A stretch of DNA of 35,062 nucleotides from a virus. Taxonomy: Duplodnaviria > Caudoviricetes. Shown here one piece after another: positions 18,580 to 27,006 of the stretch. The stretch lies in the IMG/VR virus record IMGVR_UViG_3300003891_000003, positions 1 to 35,062 of that record; one strand, 5' to 3'. Each line of letters opens with the position of its first letter. Position 1 is the stretch's first letter. Under the pieces are notes generated by a model. The model made no database searches. It worked only from the letters and a program-made list of their open reading frames with translations, and was not told the DNA's origin. The translations under genes and the position numbers were made by a program.

Positions 18580-18753
18580 CACAGCGACTGCGCATCCTGC
18601 TGGTCGCCGATACGGCTGCTGCTCCCTGACTTCTTTGAGAATCTGCCTCGCTACCGGGTGTAGCCAGCCCCCACACAGCGCACACCGGTCAGGGTCATAA
18701 GCCGATGGGGCGATTCTGCTGCACTGGCATAAGCTATGCAGGCGGGTCTTCAT
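18541..18753 (-). CDS. Small Cys-rich (Zn-ribbon-like) protein with C-terminal TM segment
   Basis: GAGGAGGG RBS; CQC...CALCGG; hydrophobic C-terminus. Confidence 0.55.
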   Translation of the reverse strand: MKTRLHSLCQCSRIAPSAYDPDRCALCGGWLHPVARQILKEVREQQPYRRPAGCAVAVLAALLVLLGQIL

Positions 18754-18973
18754 CGTCTCCCTCCTCTCCTTCCACTTCCCTCAGGGAGTCCTTGTCTAGG
18801 TTCACCCTGGCGAAGCTGAACACTTCGTCGGGGTCAAACCGGTAGACTCTCCCTACCTTCAGCACCGGCAGCTCCCTGCGCTCTATCAGCTTGTAGATGG
18901 TTATCGGAGCCAGGTTGAGCATTTGCGCCAGCTCATTCACGGTGAGCAGCTTCTTTTTGTTTGCGTTGTCCAT
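18734..18973 (-). CDS. Excisionase-like HTH DNA-binding protein
   Basis: LLTVNELAQMLNLAPITIYKLI...LPVLKVGRVYRF; AGGAGG RBS. Confidence 0.88.
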   Translation of the reverse strand: MDNANKKKLLTVNELAQMLNLAPITIYKLIERRELPVLKVGRVYRFDPDEVFSFARVNLDKDSLREVEGEEGDDEDPPA

Positions 18974-18996
18974 GTTTCACCTCCTGCCATTCTCGG

Positions 18997-20214
18997 TCAT
19001 GTTAGTATCTCAAGCGCATTCGCCGACAGCATCACCTCACTGTCGGCAAGTCCGGCGAGCGAGCGTGGGGCGTTGTCAATGTAGACTACGAATAGCCGCC
19101 ACCCTCGCTCCTGTTTATTCCGCAGTATCGCCTCGGCGATGTCGGGCGATACATTGTCCTCGCCATCGGTCACCACCACCAGGTCAGCATTCTCCCTCTC
19201 CGCCAGCACTTGCAGCGCATACTGCAAAGCCATGTCAAAGCTCGTGCCACCCCCGAGTTGCTGGCTAGCCCACAGCAGAATGTCGTGAGCTGGGTGTATC
19301 TCAGTAGAGAAGCTTGCCAGATGGCAACTCCGCGAAGCATCTTGCTCTATCGTCTGCTTCACCAGCAAGGCGAACGCCTTCGCCAGCTGCACCCGCTCAC
19401 CCGACATACTCCCTGACTCGTCTACGAGAACCACCGCATCACCACGTGCTAGCTTCCGCTTGCTCACTGTCTGCTTCTCGTAGACCATCAGAGACTTGTC
19501 TACATAGCGGGAGAGCCAGAGCAGTTCCAGGTCTAGGTCATCCAGAAAGGCGTACTCGGCAGGCAACTGGTTCAGCAAGTCATCTCCAAGCGTTATCCCT
19601 GTGGGAAGCACCACCCGGTCAATCTGTTGCGCCTGTAGTGCTGCAGCCTGTTCCCGGAGTCTCCCATAGAGCTTTGCCAGCTCCACAGCGGCTCGCCTCG
19701 CCGCATCTGGCAACGAGAGAGCCAGCTTCAGGAACTGCGCTCGCTCATCGCCTGCCTGTGGGGCAAGAGCAAGAATCTGCTTGGCATCTGCAGCTTCCTT
19801 CTCAGCAGCTGCGACCGCACGACGCACCCGTACTGCCAGCTTCAGCTGCTCCTTCTCTGCTTCTTCCTCCCCGACCCTCCCTTCTTTCTGCTGTTGCTCC
19901 AGTTCCTTGTGCCGGTCATAGACCGCCAGCAGGTCAGGGAGTAGCCGGTCGGTGGCGATGCCCGCCACCTCATGCTCGAGCATCGCCACATCATGGAGTT
20001 CTTTGTAGCTAGCACTGCCGAGTGCTTCCCCGACGACAGCGTGCCATGCCCTATCCGGGCACTGCTCCACCAGCCTGGGCATCGGCTCATAGAGCATAGA
20101 GAATACATCCTGAGCCTGCAGCTGCCTGTCTTCTGGCGGTGGGGAGACCAGCTGCAACTCTCGCGCTAATTGAAAGCCTGCTTTCGCAATCGGGGAAGAC
20201 TCAATCGCCAGCAC
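18997..20214 (-). CDS. vWA-domain protein (ViaA-like)
   Basis: MIDAS residues in VLVDESGSM, GGGTSF and VVTDGED; GITLGDDL motif. Confidence 0.88.
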   Translation of the reverse strand: MLAIESSPIAKAGFQLARELQLVSPPPEDRQLQAQDVFSMLYEPMPRLVEQCPDRAWHAVVGEALGSASYKELHDVAMLEHEVAGIATDRLLPDLLAVYDRHKELEQQQKEGRVGEEEAEKEQLKLAVRVRRAVAAAEKEAADAKQILALAPQAGDERAQFLKLALSLPDAARRAAVELAKLYGRLREQAAALQAQQIDRVVLPTGITLGDDLLNQLPAEYAFLDDLDLELLWLSRYVDKSLMVYEKQTVSKRKLARGDAVVLVDESGSMSGERVQLAKAFALLVKQTIEQDASRSCHLASFSTEIHPAHDILLWASQQLGGGTSFDMALQYALQVLAERENADLVVVTDGEDNVSPDIAEAILRNKQERGWRLFVVYIDNAPRSLAGLADSEVMLSANALEILT

Positions 20215-21205
20215 TGGGTTTCACCTCCTGCAGCAGCGCATCATATATTCGGAGAGACTGGTCAATGTACTGGCCTACCCTGTCCTTTCCCATTCTCTCC
20301 ATCGCTTTCACCGCAGTTTGAATCCGAGCTGCGACCTGCAGCTTCTCGGCGAACGTCTTGGCGCCAGCATAGGCCTCCTCAATCTCTTTCAGCATCGCCC
20401 GTGCCTGCGCCACTTCGGGCATCGCCAGGTCGTATAGGCGAGCCTCGAGCTTCAGATAGCCCTCACGCCCGCTTTCTGGCTGCCACAGCACAAACCGAGC
20501 CACCAGCAGGTCACTAGCGTCCGCAGCTGGCTTCCCCTGCATCGCTGCGTGCCATCCGATGAGCTTCGCCAGCTTCACCCAGCGACGGTCAGAGATAGTT
20601 CCATCAAGCTCTTGGCGCAGCTGCGCAAGCAGGGGGAATACGGGCGTCGGGTCGGCGGGAGATGCAGGGACTACCGGCGGGACGACTTCTGACCCTGAAC
20701 CCTGAAGCATCTGGAGAAATCCGGTTTGAGAGACATACCCGACGTATGACCGCAAGGTGAACCGGTCGGCGAATGCTTCCAGTCCATTCTGCGGATACTC
20801 ATTGCTCGCTCCGACCAGCATCCGCAAGGGCAGCTGCAGCTGCTGAGTCGGCGAGATGAGCAGTCGCCGATACTCCATCGCATCCAAAAGCGTATTCAGT
20901 ATCGCGGAGTTCGCCTTGAACACCTCGTCCAGGAATACAATCTCCGCGGTAGGAAGGAACCCGGTTACCACACGCTCCACACGACCTGCCTTCAGAGCTG
21001 CAATGTCTACCGGGCCGAGCAGCTCATCCGGCGTGGTGAACTGGGTCAGCAGCCGGTGAAACACCGGCACTGCCACTGCCTTCGCGAACTCTTGCACCAG
21101 CGCAGTCTTCGCTGTCCCCGGAGGGCCGAGCAGCAAGCTGTGCTCACCAGAAACCCATCCGAGAGCGAGCATCTCCAGAACATCATCACGCTCCACGAAC
21201 TTCAT
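20201..21205 (-). CDS. MoxR/RavA-family AAA+ ATPase
   Basis: Walker A GPPGTAKT; VFLDEVFKANSAILNTLL; ASNE; DRF. Confidence 0.92.
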   Translation of the reverse strand: MKFVERDDVLEMLALGWVSGEHSLLLGPPGTAKTALVQEFAKAVAVPVFHRLLTQFTTPDELLGPVDIAALKAGRVERVVTGFLPTAEIVFLDEVFKANSAILNTLLDAMEYRRLLISPTQQLQLPLRMLVGASNEYPQNGLEAFADRFTLRSYVGYVSQTGFLQMLQGSGSEVVPPVVPASPADPTPVFPLLAQLRQELDGTISDRRWVKLAKLIGWHAAMQGKPAADASDLLVARFVLWQPESGREGYLKLEARLYDLAMPEVAQARAMLKEIEEAYAGAKTFAEKLQVAARIQTAVKAMERMGKDRVGQYIDQSLRIYDALLQEVKPSAGD

Positions 21206-22017
21206 TTCGTTGCACCTCCTAATGCTTGTCGTCGCTCTTCGAGAGCCTGATAGAGAGCCTTCTCAGCGGTCTCTAGCTGTTTCCGTAGCTCGTCGGAGTA
21301 CAGGTTGAGAACATCGGCATACACCCGCGCCTCCTGCACCAGTTCACCGACCTTACCGGCTACCGACTCCAGGCTCTGTGACCGCTTGAGAGTTGCGATG
21401 GTCTCCCGCAGCTGAGCGACCATCTCCTCAAACATCTGTGCAACCGGCTGCAGCAGGCTCGCTTGCTCTACTGGCTCACCAGCTACATAGAATATGGTGA
21501 GATGCCCCTGGACCGTATCGATTACACTGCGAATGGTATCCAGGAGCGAAGACTTGTGCTGTGGGATGAAGTATGAGCCTCCTGCTTGCCGGAGCGGGGG
21601 ACAGAAATGGTAGCGCATGTAAGCTGCGAGTGCTACCCCCACCACTGTAGGCTGTATGGCGGGCAGTGTTTCTGTTTTCACCGAGTTCTCCATCGATGGC
21701 TCGGTGACACTCACCAGCTGCTCAGCGTCAATCGTGATGTAGCCGACGACCCTTTCCTCAGCCGTCGGGGGGACAGACTCGATGACGATATGCTTGACCA
21801 CGGCATACCGCCACCTCTTCCCATCCCGCTGCACCTGCTTCAGGAATGTCCCCGCTTCAAAGTGCCGTCGCAAGACATCCTGCGACGCCTGAGACGCGAT
21901 ATTGCTCGCCCAGAGATTGATTGGGCTGAGCACCCCGTCCTGCTGAATCTTCAGCACCCGGTGGGCAGGGACACTTCTCGGAAGGTCCCAGCCGACGACG
22001 CATCCAATTCTTTGCAT
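21202..22017 (-). CDS. Hypothetical protein coupled to the AAA+/vWA pair (DUF3150/DUF6744-like)
   Basis: ATGA overlap with the ATPase gene; G..VGWD start, LRQAGGSYFIP motif, helical C-terminus. Confidence 0.65.
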   Translation of the reverse strand: MQRIGCVVGWDLPRSVPAHRVLKIQQDGVLSPINLWASNIASQASQDVLRRHFEAGTFLKQVQRDGKRWRYAVVKHIVIESVPPTAEERVVGYITIDAEQLVSVTEPSMENSVKTETLPAIQPTVVGVALAAYMRYHFCPPLRQAGGSYFIPQHKSSLLDTIRSVIDTVQGHLTIFYVAGEPVEQASLLQPVAQMFEEMVAQLRETIATLKRSQSLESVAGKVGELVQEARVYADVLNLYSDELRKQLETAEKALYQALEERRQALGGATK

Positions 22018-22058
22018 GTTGCACCTCCTGTGTTATGTCTTTCTACACTTGTATTATT

Positions 22059-22087
22059 ATTATACATAATGCGCCACAAGAAGTCAA
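22059..22087 (-). promoter_or_regulatory. Strong sigma70-type promoter for the AAA+/vWA operon
   Basis: Minus strand TTGACT-N17-TATAAT with upstream T/A tracts (UP-like). Confidence 0.8.
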
Positions 22088-22106
22088 TAGGATTCGGGGG
22101 GGTTTG

Positions 22107-22170
22107 AAAAAAAATTGCAAAAAAATTCTCGTGCGAGTGTGGTAGCAGTAGGGGAACAGCGGGCTACCGC
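22107..22170 (-). terminator. Possible intrinsic terminator after the GNAT gene
   Basis: Minus-strand hairpins GGTAGC..GCTACC and CTCG-CA-CGAG followed by T runs. Confidence 0.35.
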
Positions 22171-22616
22171 AAGGTCTTGCGCCAGCAGCACATCTTGCGG
22201 GACTGCGTGTATCCGACATTCTCGTAGCCAAGGGACAGGAAGAAGTAGTTCGCCGGGTTGCCTACCGCGCACAACAGCTCAGTCGCTTCCATGCCAGAGC
22301 TTGCAGCTAATGATTCAGCCACAGCCATCAGAGAAGTCCCTACCCCTCTTCGGCGATAATCCTTGCGCACGGATATTGCCCGAATCTGAAGAATCTTCGT
22401 CGCGGGGTGAATCCCGAATACCAGTATCCCAACCAGCTCACCAGATTCCTCGTCAATAGCCACCAACACCCTGCGACTTCTCAGCCAGCTTACAACAGCA
22501 CCAAGGTACACGAAGCCGAATGTGCGTTGCTCATTCAGTAATTTCTGGATAGCATATAGGTCATCGCCTTCGGCGAACCGAATCACGACGTTCGCTGCTT
22601 GTATTCGCTCGTTCAT
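22164..22616 (-). CDS. GNAT-family acetyltransferase
   Basis: Motif A ISVRKDYRRRGVGTSLM; N.PA..FF..LGY. Confidence 0.88.
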   Translation of the reverse strand: MNERIQAANVVIRFAEGDDLYAIQKLLNEQRTFGFVYLGAVVSWLRSRRVLVAIDEESGELVGILVFGIHPATKILQIRAISVRKDYRRRGVGTSLMAVAESLAASSGMEATELLCAVGNPANYFFLSLGYENVGYTQSRKMCCWRKTLR

Positions 22617-22956
22617 CTCTTGTCTTGAGAATCCTCACAATCTGCTCCCAGTCTGATGGACGCCATAAGTAGCACTCCACGCCCGGACAATTCTGCAAGA
22701 GCTTGAGCCACACTTCTTGCGACGAAGAGACTTGCCCTTTCTCCGACTTGAGCTCGGCGAAAATCACCCGAGGTGGTCGGACCAACACCAAATCGGGGAA
22801 ACCGGAAGGCGAGTGCAAACTATGCCACGTGTGGTAGTCTGCCCAACCCATCAGCCGCGCGTAGTCCCGCACTGCTTGCAGGAAGTCGCGCTCTGGCACA
22901 TGATATCCACGTGAGTCAGAGAATGGTGACCCAGTATCACGCCTGCTCCTGCTCAT
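22561..22956 (-). CDS. VRR-NUC family nuclease
   Basis: ERDF, SGFPDLVLVR, FAELKSEKG, Q..W, WRPSD. Confidence 0.85.
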   Translation of the reverse strand: MSRSRRDTGSPFSDSRGYHVPERDFLQAVRDYARLMGWADYHTWHSLHSPSGFPDLVLVRPPRVIFAELKSEKGQVSSSQEVWLKLLQNCPGVECYLWRPSDWEQIVRILKTRDERANTSSERRDSVRRRR

Positions 22957-23010
22957 TGCTTCAGTGTCCTCTCACTGGTGATGCATTTTGCGCTGATGCA
23001 TTTTCAGTGA

Positions 23011-23430
23011 CTAATCCGCCGTCGCATTCTCCCCGAAGTCCGTGGCTCTCTCCCCTTCTTCCGGCATCTCTCTCAGGCCCACTCGCTGCCACCTATCAAA
23101 ATCATATAGCCAGTTCCGGATTTCGTCAGCCTGTTCGGGTATCAGCGGGCGGCACTGCAGGGATAGCTGCAGGGATTCCGTCAGCGGGAGAACACTAGTG
23201 TATCCGCACTGCTTGCCACTGGCGTCCGACCCAGTGCACCGCAGAACAAGCGCAATCAGCTCTACTTCCTGTTTCTTCGCAGTGTCCCATGCCGTATACA
23301 GCACGGCATCGCAGACCCCTAAGTGGCTGCTGCAGTACCTGCACGACAGCATCCGACCGTTGACCAATATCCGCTGACCGACGTACCTGCGCTTATACGC
23401 CATGATAGTAGCCGTGTCCATCCTCTCCAT
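23011..23430 (-). CDS. Hypothetical Cys-rich (Zn-binding) protein
   Basis: GGAGG/GAGG RBS; CRYC and further Cys residues; overlaps the replication gene stop. Confidence 0.6.
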   Translation of the reverse strand: MERMDTATIMAYKRRYVGQRILVNGRMLSCRYCSSHLGVCDAVLYTAWDTAKKQEVELIALVLRCTGSDASGKQCGYTSVLPLTESLQLSLQCRPLIPEQADEIRNWLYDFDRWQRVGLREMPEEGERATDFGENATAD

Positions 23431-24562
23431 CCTCTACCTCCTTGCTCTTCAGTCGCTCTAGCACTGACTTTATCTGCTCTATCCCTTGTATTCCAGCCTG
23501 CCGGTAACACTCACTAGCATCATCGCGGTCAAAGACTGAGACCGCTTCCTGCACAATCTGCGGAGTAGTGTATCTCCTCGGTAGTGCGACGTCTGGCTGC
23601 GCTCTTACCCGCTCCCGCTCAGGCTGGCGCGAACCTTCGGCGATTGACCGGGCGAGTGACCAGTTCGTCAACACCCAACGGAGCGTGCACTTGTCTGGGT
23701 CTCGTGCGTTCGCGCGGCACCGACGCCACGTGTCCTCTATCTGCTCTAGCGTAAGACCCCCATCGGACGCTGGTTGCCCGACCGACTCCCGCACGTACCG
23801 CAAACAGCTGCGAACCTCAGAAGGCGGGGCATGGGAGCCAGTGACGCGAGCGATGATTCCAGCAACCTGCTGGTATAGCCCCGGTTTCCGTTTCTTCGCT
23901 GCATGTTCATCGTCCCCTGTTTTCTTCACCAAAAGGGTCGGGGACGAAACTCTCACCCCCATTGCCGAACGGCAATCAGTCGAAGACTGTACTTCATTCT
24001 CTGTTGTACTCTCTGTAGTACTCTCTGTAGTACTCTCTGTATATAGTTTCCCGATTTTCGGGGTACTAGTTTCCCGATTTTCGGGGTACAAGTTTCCCGA
24101 TTTTCGGGAATCTAGTTTCGGCAAATCGGCGAAACTAGTTTCGGCGAATTCCGGAAACAAGTTCGGTGTCTCCCCGTCTTGGTTGAACTCACCATCGCCT
24201 CCGCCGTCCTGCTGTTCATCTTGTTGGAACTCAAGGTCTTCCAAGAATTCCTGCAGCGCACGCAGGTCAAAGAAGTACCATGTCCGGGCAGGTAAGCCCT
24301 TGCGTTCAACCTGTACGAACGGAAGGGAACGCAACCTTGCCTTCGCTGCCTCAATTTCGCCAGCAGAGCATCTGGTCTCTGCCCGAAGCTGCGCATCCGT
24401 CTTCCAGAAGCTGGCGCAGTCGTCGCTATCAGCGCAAGTGTTTGCCCAGTATAGTAGCTGCGACAAGATTACCCCGCCAGCGACACTACCCATCACGTCG
24501 GCGAACACCGGATGATAGGCAATAGGTCGTCTCAGCAAGTGTCTCATCAGTTTCTGGCTCAT
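23393..24562 (-). CDS. Phage replication initiator (wHTH N-terminus, iterons in the linker)
   Basis: N-terminus RPIAYHPVFA..GSVAGGVILSQLLYW..FWKT; TESTTESTTE linker; internal 23-bp repeats. Confidence 0.8.
   Translation of the reverse strand: MSQKLMRHLLRRPIAYHPVFADVMGSVAGGVILSQLLYWANTCADSDDCASFWKTDAQLRAETRCSAGEIEAAKARLRSLPFVQVERKGLPARTWYFFDLRALQEFLEDLEFQQDEQQDGGGDGEFNQDGETPNLFPEFAETSFADLPKLDSRKSGNLYPENRETSTPKIGKLYTESTTESTTESTTENEVQSSTDCRSAMGVRVSSPTLLVKKTGDDEHAAKKRKPGLYQQVAGIIARVTGSHAPPSEVRSCLRYVRESVGQPASDGGLTLEQIEDTWRRCRANARDPDKCTLRWVLTNWSLARSIAEGSRQPERERVRAQPDVALPRRYTTPQIVQEAVSVFDRDDASECYRQAGIQGIEQIKSVLERLKSKEVEDGEDGHGYYHGV
23999..24043. repeat. 12-bp tandem repeat CTCTGTWGTACT (three copies plus a partial)
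   Basis: Read directly; encodes TESTTESTTESTTE. Confidence 0.85.
24044..24158. repeat. Five 23-bp iteron-like tandem repeats, probable replication origin
   Basis: TAGTTTCCCGATTTTCGGGGTAC twice exactly (24044, 24067), then variants at 24090, 24113 and 24136; units are partly palindromic. Confidence 0.85.
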
Positions 24563-24771
24563 CGCTCTGTTCCCCTTTTTGCGTTGTTTGCGTTATTCTG
24601 GTATACTGTAGCTGCCAACCTTCCTGCAAGGGACTGGGAGGCACTGGTGCGTGTTGTCGGAAAAGGTTCGTTGCACCTCCAGCCTCCTTTTTGCGGTGCT
24701 TTGCTTAACTGTGATGCCCGGTGAATGCCGGGCATCAATTTCTGTGCTACTTCGGTAAAGACCGCGTTCAT
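24559..24771 (-). CDS. Small hypothetical protein
   Basis: GGGAGG RBS 8 nt before ATG; ATGA overlap with the replication gene. Confidence 0.45.
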   Translation of the reverse strand: MNAVFTEVAQKLMPGIHRASQLSKAPQKGGWRCNEPFPTTRTSASQSLAGRLAATVYQNNANNAKRGTER

Positions 24772-24892
24772 GTCTGATGCCTCCCTATATTTTCTTTGGT
24801 AGCACTCCGGGCGGGGCAGCGTCCCGACGGCTTGCGTTACAACGCCTGTGCGTTGCCCCGCCCGTGTCTGCAGCCTCGTCGTCCCGCGACGA

Positions 24893-25762
24893 TTAGGCAG
24901 ACAGCCTATATCCGAGAACAGCCAGTGCTTTCCCGACTTCTTGCCGAGAAAGCGAATCGGCTTCCGCGAGCGAAGTCACTACCTGCCGGACATCAGCCGT
25001 TGCGTCGTTCTCACTAGCCCAGTTCGCCAGCTCCTCAATCTCGTCATCGGTCAGTCCAGCCTGACGCAATAGGCGGACAGTGGACACAGGTTTTTTGCTG
25101 GTGTTCTCTGCTGGTGGTAGCTTGGTCGGTTGCTGCGACTGAGCGGGTTGAGCGGTGTTCGCTGGCGGGGGCTGTACCGCTTCTATCTCTGGCATGTCTT
25201 CAAGGTCTTGCGTGAATAGGTCAGACAGGGCGAACGCTTTGACTACCGCGTCGACCATCGCTCGCTTCGCCGCCATCTTGAGAATCGTGTTTTCCAGCTC
25301 GCGCGGACGGTTGGCATAGTTCGGCTCTGCCGTCGACGCCACCCCAATCCCGGAGCCGACGAACAGACCCGTTGAGCGGTGACGGATTTCGCAGCGCACC
25401 ACATATCGGTAGAATCCGCGGGCTGTCAAGGTGGAGCCGTGCTTGCTCACGTAAGTGGTCTCCCGGTCGTGGTCTACTTCTGCTTCAAGGATGGTGAAGT
25501 CCGCCGAGCAGTTGTGGAGATAGAGAATCTTCTCGGCTCCGGGCTTCAGCAAGGTCGGGCGTTCGGTGTTCCGGAGAACTGCATAGTCCGTGCCTTCCAC
25601 CAGAAACGACCGGGAAAGGTCGTGGAGCAGCTTCCGCTGGGACATCCACTGGGCGAGAATCGCAGGGTCAATCTGGAGAAGCGAGGTCTGCTGCGTGTTC
25701 TCGTCCACAGTTGCGATGGAAGGGGCAGTGCTAGTCTGAATCGGCTGATTCGTGTTGCTCAT
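24893..25762 (-). CDS. Putative single-strand annealing/recombination protein
   Basis: PTLLKPGAEKI and NTILKMAAKRAMVDAV..LSDLFTQD motifs, Pro/Gln linker, position upstream of the replication gene. Family assignment is from memory. Confidence 0.55.
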   Translation of the reverse strand: MSNTNQPIQTSTAPSIATVDENTQQTSLLQIDPAILAQWMSQRKLLHDLSRSFLVEGTDYAVLRNTERPTLLKPGAEKILYLHNCSADFTILEAEVDHDRETTYVSKHGSTLTARGFYRYVVRCEIRHRSTGLFVGSGIGVASTAEPNYANRPRELENTILKMAAKRAMVDAVVKAFALSDLFTQDLEDMPEIEAVQPPPANTAQPAQSQQPTKLPPAENTSKKPVSTVRLLRQAGLTDDEIEELANWASENDATADVRQVVTSLAEADSLSRQEVGKALAVLGYRLSA

Positions 25763-26054
25763 GGTGTTGCACCTCCATTTCGTCTGTATTCAGGTCGTTG
25801 TTAAAGGTTGAGTCCACCAGTACCGGGTAGCCGTACCGGTGGTAGGCGTCTTCCATTGCTCGTTTCCAGCTGGCATAGCCGTCACGGGTAGCTCCTAGCA
25901 GCCATCGTGCATGTTTCTCCGGCATCGCGTGCGATGCCAGCCATACGCACAGGTTGCGAATGCTGTCTGCGCTTCCGTGCGCGTGCTCTAGCCAGTGAAT
26001 TGCCAGCTGTCTGGTGAGAAATGGAAGACTCCTGTTCGTTCTGCGGTCTTCCAT
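25731..26054 (-). CDS. Hypothetical protein, first gene of the leftward early operon
   Basis: GGGAGGT RBS before ATG 26054, directly after a promoter. Confidence 0.65.
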   Translation of the reverse strand: MEDRRTNRSLPFLTRQLAIHWLEHAHGSADSIRNLCVWLASHAMPEKHARWLLGATRDGYASWKRAMEDAYHRYGYPVLVDSTFNNDLNTDEMEVQHHEQHESADSD

Positions 26055-26075
26055 ACTACCACCTCCCTGATTATT

Positions 26076-26105
26076 ATTATAAAGGAAATGCAACCAAATA
26101 GTCAA
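26076..26105 (-). promoter_or_regulatory. Sigma70-type leftward early promoter
   Basis: Minus strand TTGACT-N18-TATAAT. Confidence 0.7.
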
Positions 26106-26213
26106 ATGATGCAAGTTCTTGCGCCAAAAATATAGAGAATATTAAGAGACATCAAAAGATATTAAAGGTAGGCAGTGTGCGGAACCGAAAAGAGCAGCGG
26201 CGGAAGGAATCGG

Positions 26214-26242
26214 TAGACAAGCAGCGAATTCTACGGTATACT
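26214..26242 (+). promoter_or_regulatory. Sigma70-type promoter for the deazaguanine/terminase operon
   Basis: TAGACA-N17-TATACT, 25 bp before queC. Confidence 0.65.
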
Positions 26243-26267
26243 AGATACTAGTGATTCGGGGGAAAAG

Positions 26268-26999
26268 ATGATGGGAACAGTCGTACTGCTCAGTGGTGGG
26301 CTTGACAGCGCGGCAGCAGCAGCTTTTGCTCGCAGGTTCTTCGGTGACCCTACCATCGGCTTGTATGTGAACTATCATAGTGTGCATCGGGAGCGCGAAT
26401 ACCGGAGCGCACGGAAGGTGGCGAAGGCTCTCGATATCCCGCTCTACACTGCCGAAGTGAGCTACCCCAACGCTGTTGACAGTCCCCTGCTGGCACGACC
26501 TGGAGCGTTGACCAGAATCGCTGCGGGGAACCTGTGTATTGTGCCGATGCGGAACGCTATCCTGCTGAGTCTCGGTGCAGCTCTCGCCTACTCCTTGAAA
26601 GCAACCTTTCTGGTGTATGGTGCCCACACTGCAGACGAATTCGGGTATCCCGACTGCCGACGTGAATTCGTGGAAGCGATGCAGGAGACCGTGCTACAAT
26701 CACTTGACCAGCCAGTTCAGTTATCTGCGCCTTTGCTGTTCCCGGAGGAGACCGTGGAATTCCTTCAAGATAACGGGTACGACATTCGGTTCTTCCGCTC
26801 GCTGCTGGATAGGAAAGACATACGGGCTGATGTAAAGGGGAAAGCGTTCAGCTTGCTGATGCTCGATGCGCTCGGTTTTTCCGAGTTGATTCCGCTCACG
26901 CATTCTTGCTACGCGGGGGTAGGAGGCGGGTGTGGAGAGTGTGCTACATGCCGACTCCGCAACGAAGCAGCGAAGGTCTACGCCGAAATCAAGGGTTGA
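26268..26999 (+). CDS. queC: 7-cyano-7-deazaguanine synthase QueC
   Basis: VLLSGGLDS, VPMRN, YPDCR, SCY...CGECATC. Confidence 0.95.
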   Translation: MMGTVVLLSGGLDSAAAAAFARRFFGDPTIGLYVNYHSVHREREYRSARKVAKALDIPLYTAEVSYPNAVDSPLLARPGALTRIAAGNLCIVPMRNAILLSLGAALAYSLKATFLVYGAHTADEFGYPDCRREFVEAMQETVLQSLDQPVQLSAPLLFPEETVEFLQDNGYDIRFFRSLLDRKDIRADVKGKAFSLLMLDALGFSELIPLTHSCYAGVGGGCGECATCRLRNEAAKVYAEIKG

Positions 27000-27006
27000 A
27001 ACTGGT

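Noticed and set aside
19314-20012. 232-aa plus-strand ORF, and similar antisense ORFs such as 32331-33074
   Set aside because: These fully overlap well-supported genes on the opposite strand and have low-information composition.
24044-24158. CRISPR array
   Set aside because: Units are contiguous with no unique spacers, lie inside a CDS, and no cas genes are present.
23568-24515. 315-aa plus-strand ORF
   Set aside because: Antisense shadow of the replication initiator, with no RBS or recognisable motif.
24796-24870. tRNA-like element (minus strand ends in ACCA)
   Set aside because: No T-loop or D-loop consensus and no cloverleaf; kept only as a generic structured element.
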